From an uncultured Chloroflexia bacterium (GTDB taxonomy: Bacteria; Chloroflexota; Anaerolineae; JAAYZQ01): a stretch of DNA of 64,000 bases. Positions within the stretch are counted from its first letter, which is position 1, and each line of letters starts with the position of its first letter. Under the pieces are notes generated by a model, which saw only the letters and a program-made list of their open reading frames with translations, had not been told where the DNA came from and did not search any database. The DNA is taken from NCBI GenBank assembly GCA_963700285.1, contig CAVOXA010000001.1, positions 960,001 through 1,024,000 on the forward strand. The letters are read 5' to 3'. Both the position numbers and the translations under genes were made by a program. Shown here one piece after another: positions 40,445 to 50,353 of the stretch.

Positions 40445-41516
40445 TCACAGCAGCGCCAGTGCGATGCCGAGCATGGCGGCCAGTACGCCAATGATCCAGA
40501 ATCGTTGTGTGACCTGTGTTTCGCTCCACCCTGATAGCTCAAAGTGCAGGTGAAGTGGTGTCATTTTGAATACGCGGCGACCAACTCCGTTCAGCCATCG
40601 AGTCAGCTTAAAGCAGGTCACCTGAATCGTCACTGATCCGATCTCAGCCACAAAGATCAGGCCAACGATGGGCAGGAGCAACCATTGAAACGACATCAAC
40701 GCGACGACCGCCAGGGTTGCTCCCAATGCCAGGGAGCCAAGCCCGCCCATGAAAAGATCGGCCGGGTGGGTATTGAACCAGAGAAAGGCGAACAATGCGC
40801 CCACCATGGCGAAAGAGAAAGAAAGCAAAGGGAACTGCCCCTGCAAAAAAGCAATGATCCCGTAGGCGACAAAGGCCACGATTGCGATTGAGCCTGCCAG
40901 ACCGTCCAGCCCGTCGGTCAGATTGACCGCGTTGGCCATGCCAACGATGATCATCGTCGCGATGGGCACGTACCAGATGCCAACGTCGACTACTTCCTCC
41001 ACTGTCGGGATGCCTACTTCGTGGAGGGCCAGGAACTGGGGATGATACAGCCCGATGGCAGCCACCAACGCCAGCAAAAACTGAAGAGGGAACATGATCC
41101 GCGCTCGAAGACCCTTGCCACCAAACCAGCCACGTACCTCAGCAAGATCGTCAATGGCGCCCAATATCCCAAAACCAACCATGACCAGGAGTGGCAGTAG
41201 GATGCTCTTGCCAATCAGCGCGCTGCCTTCCTCAAAGTCAAAGAACGCCAGGATCGCCTTGCCAGCTTCAAAGCCGCTCAAAAAGTTGGCAAAGTTCATA
41301 ACGACTGTGATGAGCGATGACCGGAATCAGAAACATCAAACCACCCATGGTTGGCGTGCCCATCTTGGTCTGGTGGCTTGTTGGGAGTTCGACCCGGATC
41401 TCTTTGCCTATACGCCACCGGCGAAGAAGCCGGATAAGCGGTGGCCCCCAGATGACGGCGAGAAAAAACGCTACAGTACCCAGCGCCAGGGCAAAGGGCA
41501 TTGGTTGAGATGTCAT
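40445..41516 (-). CDS. mraY: Phospho-MurNAc-pentapeptide transferase (frameshift ~41315)
   Basis: [35 protein letters not shown]. Confidence 0.95.
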
Positions 41517-43009
41517 AGCCGGCGCTCCTTGAATTGTGGAGCAGTCACCCTCTGTGATTGGGTCAAGCTGGCTACAATCTCCTCCATCGCCACTCCGCGC
41601 GACCCCTTGATCAAAACCCGGTCATCTCCCGTTCCAGCTTCTATGAGGGCCTTGAGCAATGCAGTGGCCTGGGCGTTGGTTTCGACCGAGTGTACAGCAT
41701 CCGGGTCCATACCCATCATCAGGGCTTCCTGGCCAATGGTTCTGGCCAGCGGACCGACGGTGATCAGCAGGTCGGCAACGCCACGTACCCGGCGGCCTAC
41801 AAGCTTGTGACCCTCCTCTTCGTACTGCCCCAACTCGAACATGTCGCCCAGAACAGCGATCTTGCGCCCCCGGATGTCGTCCAGCAGATTCAGCGCGGCG
41901 ATGCACGAGGCGGGACTGGCGTTGTAGGTGTCGTCCAGGATGATAGATCCGGCTGGACCTGGCACAACCACCAGTCGCAACTGGGCCGATTGGTCGTGCA
42001 GTCCAGCCATGATCTCTTCCCAGGATAGTCCTTCTGTAAGTCCAACTGCTGCTGCGCGTAGGGCGGTGTGGACACTGTGCCGACCCAGCATGGGGACCCG
42101 GGCATAGACAAGCTCCTGGCCGTAGTGGAACCGGAAATGGATGCCTTCCAGTCCCTCACTCTCGATGTCGTCGGCCCACAGGTCCGAGCTGGGATCCAGG
42201 CCATAGGTGAATACCCGGGCCCTTGTCTGGTCTGCCATGGCTCGTACCCACTCGTCGTCAGCGTTTAGGATGGCGATGCCCCCTTCCTCCGAGGATGGGA
42301 GGGCCTGGGGCAACTCGGCCTTTGCCTGGGCTATGCGCTCAAGGGTGCCGAGCCGCTCCAGGTGGCTAGGTCCGACATTAGTGACCACGCCTGTTTGAGG
42401 TTTGGCGATCTCGGCCAGTTCTGCGATCTCACCAGTGTCATACATGCCCATCTCTAGCACCACGCGTTCGTGGTCTGCAGTCAGATGCAACAGGGTCAGG
42501 GGCAGGCCGATCTCGTTGTTGTAGTTGCCCTCACTTTTTAAGGTACGATACCGCTGGCGGACGACGGCGGCGATGACTTCTTTGCTGGTCGTTTTTCCGA
42601 TGCTGCCGGTAATGCCAATGACCTTCACGCTGTGCTGCTGCCGCCAATAAGCGGCCGCACGTTGGAGCGCTGCCAAGCTGTCCGGAACAACCAGGCAAAC
42701 CGCGTCCAGGTATCTGCAAACCCGCACATCGCTTCCTTCGACGTTATAGCAATTGGCAATGTCTGGAACGTTTTCAGCGATGATGGCCACCGCGCCCCTG
42801 CGAATGGCCTCCGGGATGTAGTCATGGCCATCGTGCCGCTCGCCCCGCAGAGCGATGAACAGGCAGCCGGGGCCAGCCAGGCGCGAATCGATGACCGTGT
42901 TCTTGAGCCGGATCGTGTCCGGTTTGGGTACAACCTCAGTTTCCGGTGATCTGTCTGCAAGCCCGGCTATCAGGTCGGCCAGCGTCAAGGTGCCAGATCT
43001 CTTTGCCAT
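41513..43009 (-). CDS. murF: UDP-MurNAc-tripeptide--D-Ala-D-Ala ligase
   Basis: [44 protein letters not shown]. Confidence 0.96.
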   Translation of the reverse strand: MAKRSGTLTLADLIAGLADRSPETEVVPKPDTIRLKNTVIDSRLAGPGCLFIALRGERHDGHDYIPEAIRRGAVAIIAENVPDIANCYNVEGSDVRVCRYLDAVCLVVPDSLAALQRAAAYWRQQHSVKVIGITGSIGKTTSKEVIAAVVRQRYRTLKSEGNYNNEIGLPLTLLHLTADHERVVLEMGMYDTGEIAELAEIAKPQTGVVTNVGPSHLERLGTLERIAQAKAELPQALPSSEEGGIAILNADDEWVRAMADQTRARVFTYGLDPSSDLWADDIESEGLEGIHFRFHYGQELVYARVPMLGRHSVHTALRAAAVGLTEGLSWEEIMAGLHDQSAQLRLVVVPGPAGSIILDDTYNASPASCIAALNLLDDIRGRKIAVLGDMFELGQYEEEGHKLVGRRVRGVADLLITVGPLARTIGQEALMMGMDPDAVHSVETNAQATALLKALIEAGTGDDRVLIKGSRGVAMEEIVASLTQSQRVTAPQFKERRL

Positions 43010-43017
43010 GGCTCACG

Positions 43018-44745
43018 CTATCGCTGTGCCTGACGGATCTCGTCGGGCGGGATCTGCCGGTATACCAGCAGTCTCTGAGCAATGGCCCGAAAAGCGGGCG
43101 CGGCTGTGTAGGCTGCCCACCGGGATGCTTTGGGTCTGTCGAGCTTGACCAAGACGATAAAGTCGGGGTCGTCGGCTGGTGCGTATCCCACAAAAGAGAC
43201 AATAGTGTCGGTAGGGTGGTAGCCAACGGCTGTCGGGATCTCTGCCGTTCCCGTTTTGCCGGCGATGCGATAGCCATGTATGCGCGCCTCAGTTGCCTTG
43301 CTCTCCACCACCTCTACGAGCATATCGGTCAGTGTTGTCGCTGCCTCCGCAGAGATTGCCGCTCGGACCACTTCAGGGTCGACGGTCGTCACCTTTACCC
43401 GCCCACTCGCCTCATCTTGGATGATGTGTTGTTGTACGATGTGCGGCCTCATCAGCAACCCTTGATTGGCCACCGCTGCCACGGCGGTGATCATCTGCAT
43501 GGGCGTAACAGCTATGCCTTGGCCAAAGGAGTTGGTTCCCAACTCTGAGGGGAACCAATCCGAGTCGCCAGGCAGCTTCATCCTCCCTGGTCCTTCGCTG
43601 CCGAGATCCACGGTGGTTAGGTTGCCAAAGCCAAAACGCCTGAGGTAGGTGTAGAATTGGTCTTTCCCCATGGTCGTGCTCACATAGGCTGCCACTGTGT
43701 TAAGCGAGAGGGCCAATGCTTCGGTCATTGAGACCTCACCATGTGCTTTGCGGTCCGAGTTCTCAATTGTCCGGCCACCTACTTCCATCTGCCCCTTGTC
43801 AAAGACTTTCATCTCGGGAGTGATGGTGCCCGAATCAAGGCCAGCGCTCCAGGTCATGATCTTGAAGATTGAGCCCGGCTCCCACATGCTGCTAACCGAT
43901 GGATCTGCGAGAAGGGTAGGCTCCGCGCTGGCAAACTCGTTTGGGTCGAAGGTTGGTAGACTGACGACGGCCAGCAACGCCCCCGTTTTGGGGTCCATGA
44001 CAATCACCGTCCCGCTTTCGGCTCTAAACTGATCTATCGCCTTTCGCAGTTCCTGCTCGGCGATATGCTGGATATTGAGATCCAGCGTCAGAACCAAATT
44101 GGTACCGTCCTCAGGCGGGCGGTAATCCTTTGGAGGGCGCGGGATAGGAACTCCGTAGGGATCTACTTCGATCTGCTGTGTCCCAAAGAGTCCTTTCAGT
44201 ACGGGGTTATAGTAGCCTTCTACCCCATAGAAGCCGTCACCTGTACTGTTGACGATACCAAGGGCGTGAGAAACCAGATCGGCCATTGGATAGACGCGTA
44301 TGGGCCGATGCTCGCAGATGAGGCCATCGATCTCCAGTCCTGCGATGGCTTCTCCAAGTTCGTGGGGAACATCCCGAACCAGAGGCCGCCAAGGCTCGTC
44401 GGACTCGAGTTGGACCTTTAGCCATGCTTCATCCAGAGCCAGGGCACCCCCCAAAACACTGACCAGATAGTCTGGCTCCGTAACCAGGCTTGGTGAGACA
44501 GAGATGTCCCATAGGTTCTTATTCATGGCCAGGATGTGACCGTTTGTGTCGGCGATATAGCCCCTGGGTGCCGGCAACTCAACCGTTCGCTGGCGCTGTC
44601 TCTCGACCAAGCCCGTGAGATCGGCGTGCACCAGCACTTGATAGCGAACGAGTTGTGCGACGACGATAGCCAGGCCAAAAGTCAGGAACAAGCCTAGCAC
44701 CGTCAGTCTGCGAAAATCCAAGTTGGCCTTCTTTTCAGTGTTCAT
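43018..44745 (-). CDS. ftsI: Class B penicillin-binding protein FtsI
   Basis: EPGSIFK (SxxK), SLN (SxN), KTGT; N-terminal TM. Confidence 0.93.
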   Translation of the reverse strand: MNTEKKANLDFRRLTVLGLFLTFGLAIVVAQLVRYQVLVHADLTGLVERQRQRTVELPAPRGYIADTNGHILAMNKNLWDISVSPSLVTEPDYLVSVLGGALALDEAWLKVQLESDEPWRPLVRDVPHELGEAIAGLEIDGLICEHRPIRVYPMADLVSHALGIVNSTGDGFYGVEGYYNPVLKGLFGTQQIEVDPYGVPIPRPPKDYRPPEDGTNLVLTLDLNIQHIAEQELRKAIDQFRAESGTVIVMDPKTGALLAVVSLPTFDPNEFASAEPTLLADPSVSSMWEPGSIFKIMTWSAGLDSGTITPEMKVFDKGQMEVGGRTIENSDRKAHGEVSMTEALALSLNTVAAYVSTTMGKDQFYTYLRRFGFGNLTTVDLGSEGPGRMKLPGDSDWFPSELGTNSFGQGIAVTPMQMITAVAAVANQGLLMRPHIVQQHIIQDEASGRVKVTTVDPEVVRAAISAEAATTLTDMLVEVVESKATEARIHGYRIAGKTGTAEIPTAVGYHPTDTIVSFVGYAPADDPDFIVLVKLDRPKASRWAAYTAAPAFRAIAQRLLVYRQIPPDEIRQAQR

Positions 44746-44774
44746 AGTCCCAGTGGGAGACTAGATCCTCAAGA

Positions 44775-45248
44775 TTATTTCTCAGGCCCTGGCTGCAGGT
44801 TGCCAAAGACAGATTCCAACAAAGAGGATGGTTGAGATACGGTTATCTCTTCAGCAACAGCGCTCAGCGCGAATGGCGCCTGATCAATCTGGCTGTCTGT
44901 GTGTGGTGCAATCGGCTGCGACAACTCCAAGTATAGCGGCTCTTGCAGTACATACCCTCCTGTTTCTACACGCGGCGCCATGGCGCGCGGTGACTCGCCT
45001 TCCGCAATCTTGAGCAGGAGTGCTTGCGTTTCACGTTCCAGTCGGTCAAGCTGCGCTTCTCCCTCCAGGATTAGGCGACCTGTCGCCGCGGTCTGCATGG
45101 ACACCAGCAAGTGCAGCCAGCCGAACAGAATGAGCAGAGCTGCAAATACGGCAATGGCGACTCTCAGGGACGGGAGGCGACTTGTCACGTGTACTTGTGA
45201 GCGTTCTCGAGCCTGAGGTACAGGAACAGGTAGTGAATGGCTGGCCAT
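44775..45248 (-). CDS. ftsL: Putative FtsL-like cell division protein
   Basis: Single TM followed by a coiled coil; canonical position between rsmH and ftsI. Confidence 0.65.
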   Translation of the reverse strand: MASHSLPVPVPQARERSQVHVTSRLPSLRVAIAVFAALLILFGWLHLLVSMQTAATGRLILEGEAQLDRLERETQALLLKIAEGESPRAMAPRVETGGYVLQEPLYLELSQPIAPHTDSQIDQAPFALSAVAEEITVSQPSSLLESVFGNLQPGPEK

Positions 45249-45266
45249 GATCCGCTCCTTCCCTGA

Positions 45267-45390
45267 CCACTATATCTAGTGGCTCACGGACTCGAGCACA
45301 CAAGATAGCGGTCTATACTATATTCTACCATAAACTGCTGATTTTTGCAAATTCAGTTCGATTCTACGCAAATTTCTTCTGATTGTTAAT
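45267..45390 (-). promoter_or_regulatory. Internal dcw promoter upstream of ftsL with an NrdR-box-like pair
   Basis: TTGCAA(45345-50)-17-TAGAAT(45322-27); boxes (+ strand) ccaCtAtATcTaGtgg 45267-45282 and acaCaAgATagcGgtc 45298-45313. Confidence 0.75.
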
Positions 45391-45504
45391 CTCTTTGTAC
45401 TCAATCAAGGCGCTCAGGCACCGATCTGAGAGTAAATGGCAGTTTTCTCTTATTGCCTCCCTGATTCCGTAACCAATCGTGTGTAATGCAATAATGGAGA
45501 GGAT

Positions 45505-46443
45505 TTATCTGACTCTGTCTGAGAGACGTTCCGCAATCCTCAGCTTGGCGCTGCGACTTCTGGGATTTACGGTGACCTCTTTGTCACTGGGCCGGATTGG
45601 TCTGCGGTTAATGATCTGCAACGTCGCCCGATGTTGGCAGACACAGACCGGAATTTCTGGTGGGCAGATGCAGTCTCGTGCTTCTTGCTGGCAGAAGCGC
45701 TTGACTACCCTGTCCTCCAGGGAATGGAATGAGATAACGGCCAACCGCCCTCCTGGCCGGAGCACGTTCCGGGCGTGGTGCAGGGCTTGCGACAGGTTCT
45801 CAATCTCGTTGTTCACGGCAATGCGCAACGCCTGAAATGTCCGTGTTGCTGGGTGGATCTTTTCGCGCGTGCGCGTGGTCCGTGCTACCAGCTCTGCCAG
45901 TTGTCTGGTGCTGGAGATCGGGCGCGCGCTGACAATGGCTCTCGCGATCCGGCGAGAATGGCGCTCATCGCCATACCTCCACAAAAGTCCAGCCAGTTCG
46001 GCTTCTGGCAACTGGTTGACCAGATTCTCAGCAGTCAGTCCCTGACTAGGGTCCATTCGCATGTCTAGAGGGCCATCCTGCATGAAGGAGAAGCCTCGCT
46101 GGGCGTCCGCCAACTGGCGGGATGAGAACCCCAAGTCGAGAAGCACTCCATCCACGAGACCAAACTCCACAGTGGCAATCACGGCCTCCAGGTCTCGAAA
46201 GTTGGCAACCTTCGCGATCACCCGGCCGCCAAATGGACGAAGAACCTGGCGGGCAAAGGCGACTGCCTCCGGATCGGCATCGAGTCCAAGTACTTGCCCA
46301 TCGGGGGCAGAGGCGTGGAGGATACTGGCTGTATGCCCTCCGGCGCCCAGCGTGGCGTCAAGATACCTACCCCCGGGCCGAACCTGAAGTCCGGCGACAA
46401 TCTCGTCAGTTAGGACTGGAACGTGTTCGCTCGCCCCGTCCAT
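45505..46443 (-). CDS. rsmH: 16S rRNA m4C1402 methyltransferase
   Basis: HVPVL, DATLGAGGH, PLDMRMD, FQALRIAVN, SFHSLEDR, RSAKLR. Confidence 0.97.
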   Translation of the reverse strand: MDGASEHVPVLTDEIVAGLQVRPGGRYLDATLGAGGHTASILHASAPDGQVLGLDADPEAVAFARQVLRPFGGRVIAKVANFRDLEAVIATVEFGLVDGVLLDLGFSSRQLADAQRGFSFMQDGPLDMRMDPSQGLTAENLVNQLPEAELAGLLWRYGDERHSRRIARAIVSARPISSTRQLAELVARTTRTREKIHPATRTFQALRIAVNNEIENLSQALHHARNVLRPGGRLAVISFHSLEDRVVKRFCQQEARDCICPPEIPVCVCQHRATLQIINRRPIRPSDKEVTVNPRSRSAKLRIAERLSDRVR

Positions 46444-46453
46444 GCGCGCTGCT

Positions 46454-46885
46454 CTAGATGCCCAAGCTGGAGAACTGTTCGGCGCGTGCTTCGGGATCCT
46501 TGTAGCTTTCTAACTGACGCTCTCGCCACTGCTCCGGGTTCCAGATCTCGCAATAGTCGTGCAGACCAACAACAATTGCTTGATTGTCAATGTTCGCATA
46601 TTCGCGAAGGTATGGGGGCAGGTTTACACGTCCCTGTTTATCCGCTGCTGCGTCCGAGGCGCCGCCAAAGACCTGACGGCGAAACTCGCGGGCCTTTGGG
46701 TCTGTTCGTGGCAGGGCGCTGATCTTCTCCGCAAGCCCTTCCCATCCATCCGTGGGGAAGAGCCACAGGCAAGGGTCAATTCCTTTTGTTACAACCAGAC
46801 CCGCGTCCAGTTGTTTCCGGAATCTGGCCGGGATCGTGAGCCGCCCCTTGTCATCGACTGTATGCTCGAATTCCCCTAGGAACAT
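46454..46885 (-). CDS. mraZ: Transcriptional regulator MraZ
   Basis: MFLGEFEHTVDDKGR..., second DKQGR motif, EIW. Confidence 0.97.
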   Translation of the reverse strand: MFLGEFEHTVDDKGRLTIPARFRKQLDAGLVVTKGIDPCLWLFPTDGWEGLAEKISALPRTDPKAREFRRQVFGGASDAAADKQGRVNLPPYLREYANIDNQAIVVGLHDYCEIWNPEQWRERQLESYKDPEARAEQFSSLGI

Positions 46886-46910
46886 CTATGCCCCGAACAT
46901 CTGTTCTGTT

Positions 46911-46976
46911 CACCCACCTTCCACCACATACCACCACTTTCACCCACATTATACTATGTGGGCCCCATTTTGGCAA
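46911..46976 (-). promoter_or_regulatory. mraZ promoter with four MraZ-binding direct repeats
   Basis: 10-bp periodic repeats AATGTGGGTG/AAAGTGGTGG/TATGTGGTGG/AAGGTGGGTG (46911-46950); TTGCCA-17-TATAAT. Confidence 0.85.
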
Positions 46977-47134
46977 GTCTTGAGTTTCTATGACCGGGAC
47001 AAGCATTAGATGTTAATCTTGAGGGAGTGAGGCAATGATTCTGTCCTTGCCGAATCCTCCATTGGGGTTCTGCAGATTTGGAGGGGGGGGACAGGGATGG
47101 TATAATCCATGCGGTAGGTAGGGGTTTTATCTCT

Positions 47135-47224
47135 GGAGAGGTAGCATAGTCCGGCCGAATGCGCACGATTGGAAATCGTGTGAGGGTAACACCTCCGCGG
47201 GTTCGAATCCCGCCCTCTCCGCCA
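47135..47224 (+). tRNA. tRNA-Ser(GGA)
   Basis: GGAGAGG/CCTCTCC acceptor stem, CACGA-TTGGAAA-TCGTG anticodon arm, long variable arm, GGTTCGAATCC, encoded CCA; TGGTATAAT -10 upstream. Confidence 0.97.
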
Positions 47225-47234
47225 GTACTGTCGA

Positions 47235-47270
47235 GACGCCGCAGGCATTGGCTGACCTGCGGCGTCGTTT
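47235..47270. terminator. Hairpin between the convergent tRNA-Ser and DUF3786 genes
   Basis: GACGCCGCAGG/CCTGCGGCGTC 11-bp stem followed by GTTT. Confidence 0.65.
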
Positions 47271-47290
47271 AGGTTGCAGACCATCTGCGT

Positions 47291-47926
47291 TCAGATCGCC
47301 TTGGCCAGGCGCCCGGCCAGGATGCCGCCCAGGACTGCCAGATCTTCAGTCGGCAGGTAGTGGCTGGCTGCTCCATCAAACAGCACGTTGGCATCTGCCG
47401 GGAATTCTTCGTCGGCCAGGTGGAGCACCGCGGCGAGCCAGACGCGAGGCAGTGCTCGAAAGAGGAATGAGGCATCGCCAAAGGTAAGGCGTTCGCCTGC
47501 CATTGTCTTGGCTGCGGCCTCAAATGCGGCCTGGTCATGGCCAAAGGTGTGTGCAATGCGCAGACTGGCCCGCCCCTGGAAAGCGGCGAAATAGCCCATG
47601 CCTCCAGGTAGGTTGCGAAAGGCGATCCACTGGCCGGTCAGCGGTGTGCCGTCAGCTGTCAACAGGTAGTGCAGAAGCAGGATGTGGGTGGCAATGTCCA
47701 CCGGCTCTGTACCTTTGGTTCGGGTCACCACGCCCTCGGGCCAGCTAACATGGTAGGTCGCATTCAGAAAGGGTACCTGAAAATGGCCGCTCCGGGTGTC
47801 CTTGCCCTGGTAAGATACTGCCGCATGTTCGGCGGTCACATGAGGTTCCAGCGCGGGAAAGGCCGACCTGGCCTTGTTCAAGGCTGGCCCATAGGTCTCT
47901 TCGGGTGTTCGTCGTTTGGTTTGCAT
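47291..47926 (-). CDS. DUF3786-like protein
   Basis: ILLLHYL, WIAFRNLPGG, GDAS, DEEFPA..LFD, LPTED. Confidence 0.75.
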   Translation of the reverse strand: MQTKRRTPEETYGPALNKARSAFPALEPHVTAEHAAVSYQGKDTRSGHFQVPFLNATYHVSWPEGVVTRTKGTEPVDIATHILLLHYLLTADGTPLTGQWIAFRNLPGGMGYFAAFQGRASLRIAHTFGHDQAAFEAAAKTMAGERLTFGDASFLFRALPRVWLAAVLHLADEEFPADANVLFDGAASHYLPTEDLAVLGGILAGRLAKAI

Positions 47927-48044
47927 GTCTCTCTCTCGCTCTACTGGTCTAAGGCCATTGTACCATCTTCTGGGATGGGTGTCCAGTCAACATCGGCTGA
48001 ACCTTGGAAAGGCTGCATTCCAGAGGTGAGGCTGTGCAGCAGAT

Positions 48045-48127
48045 TTGCCAAGGGCCATGCTCTGTGCTATAATGCCGACGCTATATTTGTGGGTTCTTGG
48101 AAAAGTGGGGCCGCCCCACTTTTCTTG
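48045..48127 (+). promoter_or_regulatory. nusA operon promoter and rimP-leader-like attenuator hairpin
   Basis: TTGCCA-17-TATAAT; GAAAAGTGGGG-ccg-CCCCACTTTTC at 48100-48124. Confidence 0.75.
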
Positions 48128-48191
48128 CTATCAGGGGACCTCCGGTACCCGGGGTAGTGTGGGACAGCAATAGGGGATAAGGCGGAATGAG

Positions 48192-49916
48192 ATGAAAAGC
48201 GATTTTATGCTAGCGATCAATCAATTGTGCTCTGAGCGCAAGCTTTCGCATGAGGTGGTCCTGGAGGCAGTAGAAGCTGCGCTGGTTTCTGCATACAAGC
48301 GCAACTTTGGATCGGCTACCAACATCGAGGCGCGTGTCGAACCAAGTACAGGCGACGTCAGGGTGTTTGCCATCAAAGAGGTCGTCAAGAACGTGCAGGA
48401 CCCAAAAACAGAGATCTCGTTGGACGATGTGCGAGAGATCGATCCCGACGCGGAACTCGGGGGTACGGTCATGATTGAGAGTACCCCTCGTGACTTTGGG
48501 CGGATTGCTGCCCAGACGGCCAAGCAGGTGATCCTGCAGCGTATCCGCGAAGCCGAGCGCGATGCCCAGTATTCGGCTTTTGCCGATAGCGCGGGTGAGG
48601 TAGCGCTTGGAACAATCCAGAGCGTAGATTTTCATTCTGGTGATGTGGTCGTCAGCCTTGATGGAGCGGAGGCAATCCTGCCAGCTCGGGAACAGGTCTC
48701 CAACGAGCGCTACAGACGCGGTGCACGCTTGCGCGCCTATGTCGCGGACGTCCGCCGTGGCAGTCGGGGGCCGCGGATCACACTCTCCCGGCGCAGCCCA
48801 GCACTGTTGCGTCGCCTACTGGAGTTGGAGGTACCCGAAATTTTCAATGGTACCGTGGAGATCAAGGCGATGGCTCGCGAGGCGGGGTCGCGCTCAAAGG
48901 TAGCCGTACATGCTACCCAGGACGGTGTAGACCCAGTAGGTTCGTGCGTTGGTGTTCGCGGTGGGCGCATTCAGACGGTCGTCAACGAGTTGGGCGGTGA
49001 AAAGATAGACGTAGTGCAGTGGCACGACGATATTGGTAGTTTTATTGCCAACGCCTTGAGCCCTGCAAAGGTGATGAACGTGCTCCTGACTGATGATCCG
49101 CAGTCGGGAAAAACAGCCACCGTGATCGTCCCTGATCGGCAATTGTCCTTGGCGATCGGCAAGGAAGGACAGAATGCGCGATTGGCGGCCAAACTCACTG
49201 GCTGGCGCATCGATATCAAAAGTGCAACAGAGACCGCAGAAGAGACGCTTGGTCGCCTGGATGAGGTGGCCATACCTCTTGAGGATATGGATCTTCTCAC
49301 TCTGGCAGAGACACTGCTGCGGAAACGTGCAGCGGGGGATCTCAGCGAGGCAGAGCGTGCCTTGATCGATGCTGGGTTAGGGCGTGAAAGCGCGCTCGAC
49401 GTGGAATGGTCTGCCTCTGAGCAAGAGTCTGCGATCCAGGGTAGATCTGTTGGGGCCGAAGGCAGTGAAGAGGCGGGAACCATGCCTGTAGAAGCCATGT
49501 CGGGCGTGGAGAAGGCATCTGCGCCGAGTGATTTGCCTGACACGGATGCCATAGCCCTAGAAGATGTTGATCGGTCGGCGGAAGGGCTGGCTACGGCTGA
49601 CCGAATGGCTGTTGGCAAGGAATCCGCGATGATTGAGGGCGCGGTCGAGGATGAATCTGAGCTCAAGCCAACCTTTGAGGGGGAGCCCGTTGAGGATTCG
49701 TTGGGTTGGGTGGTCACAGAGCCTCCCAAGGAATACCAATACGATTGGGACGAGCCTTCGTGGGTGGAAGAGAAACCTGACTGGGAGATCGACTGGGAGA
49801 GCCAGGAGATTGAAGAGAAACCAGATCTGCCCATGCCCCAGAAGAAGAGGGGCCGGAAGAAAAAGGGTAGGCAGGCGTTCGACAGTAAGGATGGCCTAGG
49901 CTCTGACCGCTGGTGA
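48192..49916 (+). CDS. nusA: Transcription factor NusA with a long acidic C-terminal extension
   Basis: [14 protein letters not shown]1 domain, KH ([19 protein letters not shown]), [13 protein letters not shown]. Confidence 0.97.
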   Translation: MKSDFMLAINQLCSERKLSHEVVLEAVEAALVSAYKRNFGSATNIEARVEPSTGDVRVFAIKEVVKNVQDPKTEISLDDVREIDPDAELGGTVMIESTPRDFGRIAAQTAKQVILQRIREAERDAQYSAFADSAGEVALGTIQSVDFHSGDVVVSLDGAEAILPAREQVSNERYRRGARLRAYVADVRRGSRGPRITLSRRSPALLRRLLELEVPEIFNGTVEIKAMAREAGSRSKVAVHATQDGVDPVGSCVGVRGGRIQTVVNELGGEKIDVVQWHDDIGSFIANALSPAKVMNVLLTDDPQSGKTATVIVPDRQLSLAIGKEGQNARLAAKLTGWRIDIKSATETAEETLGRLDEVAIPLEDMDLLTLAETLLRKRAAGDLSEAERALIDAGLGRESALDVEWSASEQESAIQGRSVGAEGSEEAGTMPVEAMSGVEKASAPSDLPDTDAIALEDVDRSAEGLATADRMAVGKESAMIEGAVEDESELKPTFEGEPVEDSLGWVVTEPPKEYQYDWDEPSWVEEKPDWEIDWESQEIEEKPDLPMPQKKRGRKKKGRQAFDSKDGLGSDRW

Positions 49917-49981
49917 GCATGATCTGTAGCGCCTTGCGGGGGTCTTCTTTTTGACCCACGGAAACTGCAGTCGCGGTGCTC

Positions 49982-50353
49982 ATGGGCGATTCAACGGAGG
50001 GGCAATTGCCGGTAAGGCAGCGGAAGCATGTGCCTCTGCGGACCTGTATCATCTGCAAGCAGAAGCGCCAAAAGCGGGATCTGATCCGGATCGTTCGCAC
50101 CCCTGAGGGGGGCATAGAACTTGACTCCCGGGGGAAGCTTTCTGGACGCGGCGCCTACTGCTGTCCCAATCGTACGTGCTGGGAGGCGGCTCTGGAGCCA
50201 GGCAGGTTGGGAAAAGTTCTCAAGAGTCGGTTATCTGCCGACGATTTGGCCCGCCTGTACGATAGTGTGAGTATAGCAGCCAGGCAGCTGCAGAAACGGG
50301 AAACGGAGGCCGGGCGCGATGCGTCGAACCGTGCCCCGGGGGGAGGTAGATAG
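49982..50353 (+). CDS. ylxR: YlxR/RnpM family RNA-binding protein
   Basis: [20 protein letters not shown]. Confidence 0.9.
   Translation: MGDSTEGQLPVRQRKHVPLRTCIICKQKRQKRDLIRIVRTPEGGIELDSRGKLSGRGAYCCPNRTCWEAALEPGRLGKVLKSRLSADDLARLYDSVSIAARQLQKRETEAGRDASNRAPGGGR

Noticed and set aside
46911-46950. 10-bp periodic repeats as a CRISPR array or novel repeat
   Set aside because: They match the known MraZ-binding GTGG repeats at the mraZ promoter and have no spacers.
47135-47300. tRNA-Ser as an integration site for a mobile element
   Set aside because: No integrase and no duplicated tRNA 3' end were seen in the window.
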